From an uncultured Anaerovorax sp. (GTDB lineage Bacteria; Bacillota; Clostridia; Peptostreptococcales; Anaerovoracaceae), in NCBI GenBank assembly GCA_964582545.1, contig CAZOSB010000004.1, positions 3,247 through 67,246 on the forward strand: a DNA stretch of 64,000 nucleotides, written 5' to 3'. A program made the position numbers and the translations under genes. Position 1 is the stretch's first letter. Each line of letters opens with the position of its first letter. Of the stretch, positions 47,176-55,928 are shown in pieces. The notes below the pieces were generated by a model. The model ran no database searches, was not told the origin of the DNA, and saw nothing but the letters and a program-made list of their open reading frames with translations.

Positions 47176-47664
47176 TCACACCTTTACTGATTTCTCAAGT
47201 AACTTGATTGTCTCTATCCCCTTCTCTGTTATGGTTACTTTCCTCCGAATGATACCACCTTCCGTCAAGAGCTTCCGATCTATCAGAAAACAAAGATCCG
47301 AGATCATTTCGTTTCGGTTTAGATTCATCTTTTCGCAGATTTCACCGGCCAAAACCTTGGGATGTGTATTGACATAAATCAGGATTTTATACTGACCCAT
47401 GTTGATTCCCCCTTCATTCAGGAGGCGGATTTCATCTGCATTTAGCGGATCCAGTTCAGACACGCCTTTATCGGTTAATAACCAATTAAATCGATTGATG
47501 CCTTTATACCCGACACGTACAATATAACCATCCTGCTCCAGCTGCTCTGCAATGTTGTTAGCATGAGGGGCTGTGATTCCCAGGTTATCGCTGAAATCAA
47601 CGAGAGAGTTTCTACCTTCTCGAATAAAATTGAGTATATTCTTTTCCCTCCATCCAATATTCAT
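47176..47664 (-). CDS. Putative DNA-binding protein with two winged-helix-like halves
   Basis: 162 aa with two MarR/ArsR-like wHTH-looking segments. Its start overlaps the stop of the upstream SSS transporter gene (ATGA-type coupling). Confidence 0.4.
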   Translation of the reverse strand: MNIGWREKNILNFIREGRNSLVDFSDNLGITAPHANNIAEQLEQDGYIVRVGYKGINRFNWLLTDKGVSELDPLNADEIRLLNEGGINMGQYKILIYVNTHPKVLAGEICEKMNLNRNEMISDLCFLIDRKLLTEGGIIRRKVTITEKGIETIKLLEKSVKV

Positions 47665-49376
47665 ATTTCATGTCTCCCTCTTTGCACTTTCCATTTTTCT
47701 GATAACCTTACCGGTATTACATCATCAAACTGCCTGCCTGTGATATGAGGAAACATGAAATCAGCCAGTGTATAAGCTTTATTATGATGCTGTTCCACCC
47801 TGTGTCTATACTTTTTACTTCCAATACAAGGACGCATTACATTACACATGGCTTCCCTAAACTGCTCATCCTGATACTGGCTCTTAAGCTCCATATTGGT
47901 CTGAGACAAACCGGAAGCATTGCTTGGAACACTGGGTTGAAATTCTTTGGTTGCATAGTATTTTGGTTTCGTAAATAGGGTAATCATCACGATAATAATA
48001 AATGTGGTAATAAAACCCACCCACATCGGATGTACTATATCAGAAAGACCACTTACATACCAAGCAGTGGTGAGGATAAGTCCGATAAGTTCTCCCCAAA
48101 ACGCCGCTTTTACAGTGACTCTTTCCCAAAAGTATCCTAAAAGAAGCGTTGCTGCGGTGGGAGAAGAAAATGCCCACATAAAAGCCAAACCATGTGCTGC
48201 ACCCGCCTTCCAAAGCAAAGCAAATAAGTATGCGATCAATGCTACGACTGCTGTAATGGTGCGGCTGGCTTTAGTCAGTTGTACAGCAGTGGCATTGGGT
48301 GCAAACAGCCTCTGATAAATATCTCTGGTGATAGGGGATGCAACTCCTAGAAGGGCTGTGGAAAAGGTGGACATGCAGGCGGCAATCAAAGCCAACAGAA
48401 GCAATCCATCCAACCCTGTGGGTAACGATTTTATGATCAAACCAAACGCAGTATCCGGTTTGAAGTTCCCTTCTCCAAATATATAAAGTGCATATAAACC
48501 AAACAGTGCTAACATGGTAGAACCAAAGAGGATGGCGATGGCACCAGACAAGTAGTATCCCTTCTTTACCGCACTTTCACTTCTACCCCCTACCGCTCTC
48601 ATCCAGTAGTATTGGCAACCCATCTGGGTTATAAACCAGCCAAATAAAAATGAGGCTAAGGAAGGAAATTTTAAGCTTGTAAGGAAATCGTCCGGTGAAT
48701 TGCCTAGGAACGTATCCACACGGCTGCCTAATGCCGCAGAGTTTGTCAAAAGTTCAATTGGGTTTGCAACTGTACCAAATAGGTATACTAAGGTAACCAC
48801 GAATGAAATGATAACCACGGTGATATGGGACATATCCGAAATGGACAGTGCCCAGAAACCACCTGCATACATATAAAATGTACAAAGCAATACTATCCCT
48901 AAAGTGGTAGCCCAATAAGGAATATTGGTCAATGCAGTAAGGTTATTGCCTAAACCAATCACCTGTGAAAATAAGGCACCGAAAGCGGCAATACTGATGG
49001 CAACAGCTACTACGGTACGAGTATTGCTATCAAATCGAACCTCTGCCCACTCCGCTAGGGTAAATACACCGCTCCTGCGAACGGCAGGAGCAAACATTTT
49101 CCCAAAAATGATGATGCCTGCGGCCCAACCCCACATATAGAGGGAAGCAACCCAGAGACTGTGGGTAATGGCAAACCCGGAGATAGCCGGAAGCGTTGCT
49201 CCACTGAAGATGATGCTTGCCAACCCAAGTCCCATTGCAATCACACCGAGTTCACGGCCAGAAGAAAAAAAGTCCGTCATGGTATAAACCCATTTTTTTG
49301 TAATGAGTCCAATAATAATCATAAACACAAAGTAAAGCACAACTTGTGTATACAATAAAAGTGTTGTAGAATCCAT
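47661..49376 (-). CDS. Sodium:solute symporter family transporter with a cytoplasmic C-terminal extension of about 110 aa
   Basis: SSS-like polytopic core followed by a hydrophilic tail (…EFQPSVPSNASG…KWKVQRGRHEI). The start was moved to ATG 49376, after AAGGA. Confidence 0.75.
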   Translation of the reverse strand: MDSTTLLLYTQVVLYFVFMIIIGLITKKWVYTMTDFFSSGRELGVIAMGLGLASIIFSGATLPAISGFAITHSLWVASLYMWGWAAGIIIFGKMFAPAVRRSGVFTLAEWAEVRFDSNTRTVVAVAISIAAFGALFSQVIGLGNNLTALTNIPYWATTLGIVLLCTFYMYAGGFWALSISDMSHITVVIISFVVTLVYLFGTVANPIELLTNSAALGSRVDTFLGNSPDDFLTSLKFPSLASFLFGWFITQMGCQYYWMRAVGGRSESAVKKGYYLSGAIAILFGSTMLALFGLYALYIFGEGNFKPDTAFGLIIKSLPTGLDGLLLLALIAACMSTFSTALLGVASPITRDIYQRLFAPNATAVQLTKASRTITAVVALIAYLFALLWKAGAAHGLAFMWAFSSPTAATLLLGYFWERVTVKAAFWGELIGLILTTAWYVSGLSDIVHPMWVGFITTFIIIVMITLFTKPKYYATKEFQPSVPSNASGLSQTNMELKSQYQDEQFREAMCNVMRPCIGSKKYRHRVEQHHNKAYTLADFMFPHITGRQFDDVIPVRLSEKWKVQRGRHEI

Positions 49377-49419
49377 GCCATCCTTCTTTTCTTTTAGTAG
49401 AATCAACTTATTTTATTTG

Positions 49420-49449
49420 ATTATAGCGAACCATCTTATAATTAGTCAA
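49420..49449 (-). promoter_or_regulatory. Sigma-A promoter of the SSS-wHTH-hydroxylase operon
   Basis: On the minus strand: TTGACT (49449-49444), 18 nt, TATAAT (49425-49420). Confidence 0.6.
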
Positions 49450-49528
49450 TTCTATCATGTGATTAATATGGTTTTTTATGTAATTCCGAAAGGGAATCTC
49501 ACTTTAATTCTTTTTAATAAAGATTTTA

Positions 49529-50782
49529 TCATTTAGCACTTACACCGTTATCTGATTGGATGTTCGTTTCCGGCATAAAGAATAAGGATACAACACCTAG
49601 CAGGAATATAATGGAAAGTATACCGATACCAAATCCTAAACCATGGGTTTTTGCCAATACTCCGATGGTAAAAGGTGCAAGTACAGCGCCAACTCCACGT
49701 CCGATGTTGAAGGCAAACCCACTGCCCGTTGCTCTGATTCTGTCAGGGAAAAGTGCTGAAAAGTAAGATCCAAAAAGTCCGAAAACTCCACCAAAACTGA
49801 TACCCATTATCGGTCCAAGCCAGAAAATCCAGTCTGCAGAAGGCAAAATAATATAACTGGGCACTAATATGGCATCAGCCAAAAAAGCGATCATCAAGGC
49901 TTTTCGATGTCCCACCTTTTCCGCTAAGAAGGCGTAAATATAGTAACCGGCAAACGCACCGAGGAACATGAACATACTGAAATTAGCCATGGTAGCTAAA
50001 CTTAATCCACGATCTTGAACCAGATAAGTGGGAATCCAAGAAAGAGCACCCCAGTAACCAGCCATCTGACATGCTGAAACAACACAAGCTAAAACTGTGA
50101 CTTTAAGCATTCCACCTTTAAAACATTCGCCAAGACCCACCTTTTCTTTTACCTCATTGGCTTTTACTGGTGCTTTTTTAACCTCAGGAATAAACAAATA
50201 AAAGATAATTCCTACAACAATTGCACTACCGGTAAGAACAAAGATCATACGCCAGTTCACAACTCCAAGCATAAAACGACCCATTAAACCTGCCATAATG
50301 CCACCAAGAGCAAATGTACTGAGTACAAATCCGTTAGCTCTCGTTCGGAATCTGGGAGCCCAGTGTTCAGCTATCAAAGTAACCAAAGGACCCCAAAGAC
50401 CCCCAAGACCAATACCTGCCAGGAATCGAAGAATCATCAGATGTTCCCAAGATGTGGCCCAATATACGGCAACAGTAAACACTCCAAATTCTATCAGCCC
50501 GATGGCTGCAGCTTTTTTTCTTCCATAATTATCTGCCACCCAACCAAAGACAATACCACCGATGGCGGTCCCAATCATGGTTGCTGAAGATAACAAACCG
50601 GCATTGGCTAATGCAATATCCATCTCCTTCATAATTACCGGCATAGATATGGCTAAGATTTGCAGATCCAAACTGTCGTATAAATAGGCCAAAGCACACA
50701 GCAATAGTACGCTCCAACGTTTATCAGATCCCGAGGATTCCGAATTTAAATGAGTATTGTTAGAAATTGTAGGTTGTGTCAT
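49529..50782 (-). CDS. MFS transporter
   Basis: 417 aa, 12-TM pattern, MFS motif (GWVADNYGRKK). Confidence 0.85.
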   Translation of the reverse strand: MTQPTISNNTHLNSESSGSDKRWSVLLLCALAYLYDSLDLQILAISMPVIMKEMDIALANAGLLSSATMIGTAIGGIVFGWVADNYGRKKAAAIGLIEFGVFTVAVYWATSWEHLMILRFLAGIGLGGLWGPLVTLIAEHWAPRFRTRANGFVLSTFALGGIMAGLMGRFMLGVVNWRMIFVLTGSAIVVGIIFYLFIPEVKKAPVKANEVKEKVGLGECFKGGMLKVTVLACVVSACQMAGYWGALSWIPTYLVQDRGLSLATMANFSMFMFLGAFAGYYIYAFLAEKVGHRKALMIAFLADAILVPSYIILPSADWIFWLGPIMGISFGGVFGLFGSYFSALFPDRIRATGSGFAFNIGRGVGAVLAPFTIGVLAKTHGLGFGIGILSIIFLLGVVSLFFMPETNIQSDNGVSAK

Positions 50783-50910
50783 TTTCTTATCCCTCCTTAA
50801 TGATTAGTTGAAATTTGAAGTAACAATTATTTTTTATTTTAGTAATGAATTCTAGATAATTTCAAGGGTATTCCAATGCCTCCTTTACTGTTTATTAATT
50901 GATTTCACAC

Positions 50911-51008
50911 ATTATACAATCCTTTCTTCGCCATTGTAAACGGGGTATTGGAAATCTTAATGCGGTCTTAATGCATTCCGCAATACTTTATTATCATCTT
51001 TATATGTA
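50911..51008 (-). promoter_or_regulatory. Promoter plus conserved upstream module (copy A) of the MFS gene
   Basis: On the minus strand: TTTACA (50940-50935), 18 nt, TGTATAAT (-10 at 50916-50911). Upstream lie GCATTAAGA direct repeats phased 11 bp apart (plus-strand TCTTAATGC at 50955-50963 and 50966-50974) and an ATATAAAGA box. Confidence 0.6.
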
Positions 51009-51080
51009 AAGGCTTCCTAACAAAAAAAATGTTGTTTACTGCACTTATGAATGCACCTTCATCATAAGGATATCGATTCT

Positions 51081-52115
51081 TTAATACATCTGTTTTTCTG
51101 GCCAAAATAACATGCTTTTATTAATGTTTTTTAAATCAGTTGCCCCGGTCATATACATGGCATCCACCAACTCCTGACCTATTTTTTCCGTGTAGATAGC
51201 AGCTCCTTCCGCTCCCCCTCCATAGGTTGCGGTGACATATGGTCGCCCGATAAGCGCCATATCTGCACCCAGGGCCAGTATTTTAAAAACATCTAATCCA
51301 CTTCGGATACCACCATCGACAAATACTTTCACTCTACCGCCAACTGCTGCCGCAATTGTAGGCAACACTTCCACTGCGGCAGGTAGTTGATCCATTGCCC
51401 TGCCACCATGGGTGGATACTACAATGGCTGCCGCTCCAGCAGCCATAGCCTTCTCCGCCGCATTAACCGTCATGATTCCCTTTATGATAACCGGTAGTTG
51501 TGTCAGAGCAATTATCTCAGCTAACTGTTCCACCGTCTTAGCCTGTACCGGAGGCTCTAAATTTCGCAATGCCGGAATGCCCAAAGCATCAATATCTATG
51601 CCTATAGCAATTGCACCATTCTCCTCAGCTGTCCTGATTCTTTTCTTTGCATCTTCTAAGGTACGAGGCTTAAAAGTAGGAATACCACAACCACAAGTTT
51701 TAACCGCTTCCATGGGATCATAATAGATATTTGGCTTGGGTCCGTCTGCGGTAAAAGCTGCAATTCCTGCATCTCGACAACCTGCCAGTAAATCCATGGT
51801 ATAACGTCTGTCATCATAATAGGTTCCGAAATAAGTGTCTACAGAACCTATGGGTGCTGCCATAATTGGGTATTTCAGTGTTCTTCCGAAAAAATCACAT
51901 TGCGTTTTGACCTCAACGGATTGATAGATGGTGTCAGTATGAATTTTTATCTCCTGAAGCTTTTTGTAATTTCTGGTAAAAGAATCCCCCGTACCTTTCG
52001 CTCCCGGCCCCGGAATTATATTCCTACATGCAACGCCATCACAAATGGGACACTGTTTGCACTTGTCATTCATATTTTTTTTAGCATTTTCTAATACTTC
52101 TTGATAAGTTATCAT
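51081..52115 (-). CDS. FMN-dependent alpha-hydroxy-acid dehydrogenase/oxidase family protein with an N-terminal Cys cluster
   Basis: TIM-barrel FMN motifs (VSTHGGR, DGGIRSG). The N-terminal cluster is CKQCPICDGVAC. Confidence 0.8.
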   Translation of the reverse strand: MITYQEVLENAKKNMNDKCKQCPICDGVACRNIIPGPGAKGTGDSFTRNYKKLQEIKIHTDTIYQSVEVKTQCDFFGRTLKYPIMAAPIGSVDTYFGTYYDDRRYTMDLLAGCRDAGIAAFTADGPKPNIYYDPMEAVKTCGCGIPTFKPRTLEDAKKRIRTAEENGAIAIGIDIDALGIPALRNLEPPVQAKTVEQLAEIIALTQLPVIIKGIMTVNAAEKAMAAGAAAIVVSTHGGRAMDQLPAAVEVLPTIAAAVGGRVKVFVDGGIRSGLDVFKILALGADMALIGRPYVTATYGGGAEGAAIYTEKIGQELVDAMYMTGATDLKNINKSMLFWPEKQMY

Positions 52116-52163
52116 TTTCCTTCTCCTCCTATTAATTTAGGTAAACCGAACAATTGATTTCCT

Positions 52164-52260
52164 ATTGTACTCTTATTGCATCTCCTTTGTAAACGGACTA
52201 TCCACAATCTTAATGCCGTTTTAACGAGTTTCCCATAACCTTAATCATTCTCTTTATATC
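52164..52260 (-). promoter_or_regulatory. Promoter plus conserved upstream module (copy B) of the FMN-dehydrogenase gene
   Basis: On the minus strand: TTTACA (52193-52188), 18 nt, TACAAT (52169-52164). The upstream architecture matches copy A: plus-strand TCTTAATGC at 52208-52216, a degenerate repeat at 52219-52227 and TTTATAT at 52253-52259. Confidence 0.6.
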
Positions 52261-52426
52261 CAAGCGAAAAAAGCACCAGATAAATCAAATTAACCTGTAC
52301 GAAGTATCCGCTTAGAAAAATATTTTTAAATTAAGATAAATATTCTTAGACCTATGTTTATCTAACCTAATCCATGGTATAATCCATAGAAAAATGGATT
52401 ATACCCTTTAGCAAAAGGAGCAATGT

Positions 52427-53113
52427 ATGTTTGAAAAAACGTCTAGTGATGTCCAGACAATATTTAATGGTACCTCTTCAGAATTACCACCGGATACTGA
52501 ATTTCCCTTATGCTGTGTCATTATGGCAGCCGGAATTTCTCAAAGGTTTCAGGAACTTGACACTGACAATAAACTGTTGGTGGAATTCAAAGGAAAACCC
52601 ATGCTTCAATGGGCGTTGGATAATTTTGCACAATTGAACTGCCATTCCAGAATCGTTGTGGCAAGGAAAGATGAGATAGGAAGTATGGTTCCCCAAGATT
52701 CTTTTCAAGTCATTTGGAACACCGGAGAGAATTTATCTCCTACTGTCACCATCCGAAAGGCAATTTTAGCCGTGCCGCAAGATTCAATGGGTTGCCTCTT
52801 TGCGGTGGGTGATCAGCCTTTTCTTACCCATTCCAGCATTCGTAGGCTGTGTGAAGTATTTCAGGAGAATCCGGATAAAATTGTCTCCCTCTCCTGGAAT
52901 CAGAAAAGAGGAAATCCGGTTATATTTCCCCGTTCCCTCTTTCCTGAACTATTAGCTCTTGAAGATGGATTGTCAGGTAGGTACGTCCTTAACCGCCATC
53001 CAGAGCTCCTGATATTGGTGGAAGTCCATAACCCTGAGGAATTGATGGACATTGATACCCGCCAGCAATATACAGATGCTTGTAATGGACGCCATCCTAG
53101 AACCCATCCTTGA
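52427..53113 (+). CDS. mocA: MobA-like NTP transferase (molybdenum cofactor cytidylyltransferase MocA-like)
   Basis: VIMAAGISQRF nucleotide-binding motif after an N-terminal extension of about 28 aa. It lies in a molybdenum hydroxylase context. Confidence 0.7.
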   Translation: MFEKTSSDVQTIFNGTSSELPPDTEFPLCCVIMAAGISQRFQELDTDNKLLVEFKGKPMLQWALDNFAQLNCHSRIVVARKDEIGSMVPQDSFQVIWNTGENLSPTVTIRKAILAVPQDSMGCLFAVGDQPFLTHSSIRRLCEVFQENPDKIVSLSWNQKRGNPVIFPRSLFPELLALEDGLSGRYVLNRHPELLILVEVHNPEELMDIDTRQQYTDACNGRHPRTHP

Positions 53114-53312
53114 CTTTTATCTGTAATATAATATACAATATACATGCAAGTAAATTAATTAAAACCCTTGCACTTTTGAATTAAAAAATGCTTTTTATAA
53201 GCTTTAAAATTAAAGATTTTTTTACTTGCTCAGTAAGCCTTAATTCACATAAAGTTAAGGATTTTAAGGCAATGGACTTCATTTTATGTTGAAAATCACC
53301 TGAGGTAAAGCT

Positions 53313-54458
53313 ATGAATGTTTCCGATAGTTTTGAACAAAATAGAGATATCATTTTAACTCCCGGTGGAATGATGCCTTCAGATTTTCCCGAGATCAATT
53401 CTAATTTGCGCGATAGTTTTTTTCTTTTTTTTGTTCTATTGGTCGTCTCTTTGATGGGCGCCAGTTTATGGGAGCTGGGTTTTAATGATACTGCTATTAT
53501 CAGTGTGTATCTGCTAGGAATCTTATGTGTTTCTATTATTTGTGCACCTAGAGTCTTTGGTATTCTAGCAACAATATTTAGCTTTTTAATATTTGATTTT
53601 CTTTTTGCGAAACCACTCTACTCATTTTATATAGATGATAAAGGATATCTAATTGCCTTTGCGATTATGATTTATACATCTTTTTTTATCAACAATCAGT
53701 TAACCCGGGTGAAAGAACAGATTAAAAAGTCGGCGGAAATGGCTGCCCGTGCAGAACAGGAAGAACTGCGATCTACACTTTTAAGATCAATCTCTCATGA
53801 TTTGCGTACACCACTTACCACTATCTCTGGAAATGCAAGCATTTTATTGTTTAATTCCTACGCTCTCGATGAAACAAAAAAGACAGAGCTTTACACCTCT
53901 ATCTATAATGACTCCCTTTGGCTCAATAGCTTGGTTGAAAATCTTCTCTCCATTACACGAATTGAAGAAGGAAAAATGAGTTTGAATCTACAAGCAGAAT
54001 TGCTGACAGAAGTAATCGATGAAGCTCTTAAGCATATTTCTGTCAAAACCCATCAGCATACAATCAGCGTAAAGGTCAATGATGAACTGCTGATGGCAGC
54101 CATGGATTTACGTTTGATTCTTCAGGTCATCATTAACATTGTTGAAAATGCCATTAAATATACTCCCCCCGGGACTGAGGTAGTCATCACTGCCAAACGC
54201 TCCAACCATAAGGTAGTGGTTGAAATTTCAGATAACGGAAATGGGATACCTGACGATAAGAAGAACTTGGTCTTTGATATGTTTTTCTCCGAAGGGAACA
54301 GTTTCGGCGACAATCGACGTGGTCTGGGTCTGGGGTTGGCTCTCTGCAAAGCCATTTTAACCGCTCATGGGGAAACCATATATATTAGGGATAATGTTCC
54401 TAAAGGTACTGTTTTTGAGTTTACTTTAAATGCTGTGGAGGTGAATTGTTTTGAATAA
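53313..54458 (+). CDS. Sensor histidine kinase, KdpD C-terminal type (membrane domain + HisKA + HATPase) without the KdpD N-terminal sensor domain
   Basis: Four TM segments, an H-box (LRSISHDLRTPLT) and N/G boxes (ENAIKYTP, DNGNGIP, GLGLGLALC). Confidence 0.85.
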   Translation: MNVSDSFEQNRDIILTPGGMMPSDFPEINSNLRDSFFLFFVLLVVSLMGASLWELGFNDTAIISVYLLGILCVSIICAPRVFGILATIFSFLIFDFLFAKPLYSFYIDDKGYLIAFAIMIYTSFFINNQLTRVKEQIKKSAEMAARAEQEELRSTLLRSISHDLRTPLTTISGNASILLFNSYALDETKKTELYTSIYNDSLWLNSLVENLLSITRIEEGKMSLNLQAELLTEVIDEALKHISVKTHQHTISVKVNDELLMAAMDLRLILQVIINIVENAIKYTPPGTEVVITAKRSNHKVVVEISDNGNGIPDDKKNLVFDMFFSEGNSFGDNRRGLGLGLALCKAILTAHGETIYIRDNVPKGTVFEFTLNAVEVNCFE

Positions 54459-55194
54459 ACCACTCTTCTTAATCGTTGAGGATGATAAAGCTGTTCGCAA
54501 TTTAATTGCTACCACCTTGGAAATTCATGGGTATCAATATCGAACGGCAAAAACTGGCACGGAAGCCATATCTGAGATGGTTTCATTTCAGCCGGATTTA
54601 ATGATCTTGGATTTAGGTTTGCCCGATATGAACGGTTCTGACATAATCCGTAAAGTTCGGACTTGGTCAACCTTACCGATTATAGTAGTAAGTGCCAGAA
54701 GTGACTCAAATGATAAAATTGCCGCTTTGGATGCCGGTGCAGATGACTACTTGACGAAACCATTCAGCGTGGATGAGCTACTGGCAAGAATAAGGGTTGC
54801 TTTGAGGCACTTAGAACGACAGGAGGATGGAACACAAACCGCTTCATTATTTATCAATGGAAAATTAAAAATCGATTATTCGTCAGGTTGTGTTTTCGTA
54901 AATGAAAAAGAGATACACTTAACTCCAATTGAGTATCGCTTGCTTTGTCTTCTTGCACAGAATATCGGAAAAGTTCTCACACGAAATTACATTATTGAAA
55001 AAATTTGGGGCAATGCCCTCCCCATGGAAATAGCATCCCTTCGAGTATTTATGACAACTTTACGAAAAAAAATCGAACCTTTGCCATCTAATCCGATTTA
55101 CATTCAAACCCATATCGGTATCGGCTATCGAATGCTGCAACAGTCTACCCAGGAAGAGGAGTGTCAAGATCAGAATGAAATTCACGAAACTTAA
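54451..55194 (+). CDS. OmpR-family response regulator (KdpE-like)
   Basis: Receiver domain (LIVEDD, DLGLPDMNG) and a winged-helix trans_reg_C domain (LTPIEYRLL, GIGYRM). TTG start 7 nt after GGAGGTGA, overlapping the kinase gene's stop. Confidence 0.9.
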   Translation: MNKPLFLIVEDDKAVRNLIATTLEIHGYQYRTAKTGTEAISEMVSFQPDLMILDLGLPDMNGSDIIRKVRTWSTLPIIVVSARSDSNDKIAALDAGADDYLTKPFSVDELLARIRVALRHLERQEDGTQTASLFINGKLKIDYSSGCVFVNEKEIHLTPIEYRLLCLLAQNIGKVLTRNYIIEKIWGNALPMEIASLRVFMTTLRKKIEPLPSNPIYIQTHIGIGYRMLQQSTQEEECQDQNEIHET

Positions 55195-55924
55195 AGATGC
55201 ATTTTCTTTACCATTGGGGGGGAAATGTATTTCCATTCTTGGTGCTGGCGGAAAAACTTCACTGATGTTTCAGTTGGCTCATGAGCTTAGCGAAACAGGA
55301 TTAAGGTGTGTGGTTACAACCACCACACGTATTTATCAGCCTACGTCAGAGCAGGCTATCACCATTGCCGATGACAATCCCGATGCCAAAAAAGCCCTTA
55401 CCCTTGCTTTAAAGGAAAATTTTCCTGTGGCCATCGGCTCTCTTGAAGATTCTACCGGCAAACTCTGCTTGCCGTCCAAAGATTTACTGCTTTCTGCTTG
55501 GAATCAGGCTGATTGGATTCTTGTTGAAGCAGACGGTTCACGTCATTTGCCTATGAAGGTTCCCGCTTCTCACGAGCCTAGAATCTATGAACCCTCGGAT
55601 GTGGTTATAGCCTTAGCAGGTTTAAGCGCCTTAGGAAAACCCCTTTGCCAAGTCTGTCAGCGTGCAAATTTAGCGGCTGCAATTTTAGGAATCCCCCTTG
55701 ACACTCTCGTTACCCCATGGATATTGGCTAGAACATTAACGTCAGAACATGGTCAATTTAAAGATGTAAAGAACCCTTCACGCTTTTTAATATTTCTCAA
55801 TCAAGCTGATGATAAAACCCTTTGTGATCTTGCAGAAGAAACCGCTTTCCATATCAAATCCTTTCTTCCAGGGTGCCCGGTAGTGGCAGGTTCCTTACGA
55901 AATGGTCATATTTTTACCTGCTGA
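55175..55924 (+). CDS. yqeC: Selenium-dependent hydroxylase accessory protein YqeC
   Basis: 249 aa with a P-loop-like ILGAGGKTS and a pattern as recalled for the YqeC family. It overlaps the end of the response regulator gene by 20 nt. Confidence 0.7.
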   Translation: MKFTKLKDAFSLPLGGKCISILGAGGKTSLMFQLAHELSETGLRCVVTTTTRIYQPTSEQAITIADDNPDAKKALTLALKENFPVAIGSLEDSTGKLCLPSKDLLLSAWNQADWILVEADGSRHLPMKVPASHEPRIYEPSDVVIALAGLSALGKPLCQVCQRANLAAAILGIPLDTLVTPWILARTLTSEHGQFKDVKNPSRFLIFLNQADDKTLCDLAEETAFHIKSFLPGCPVVAGSLRNGHIFTC

Positions 55925-55928
55925 TCTT

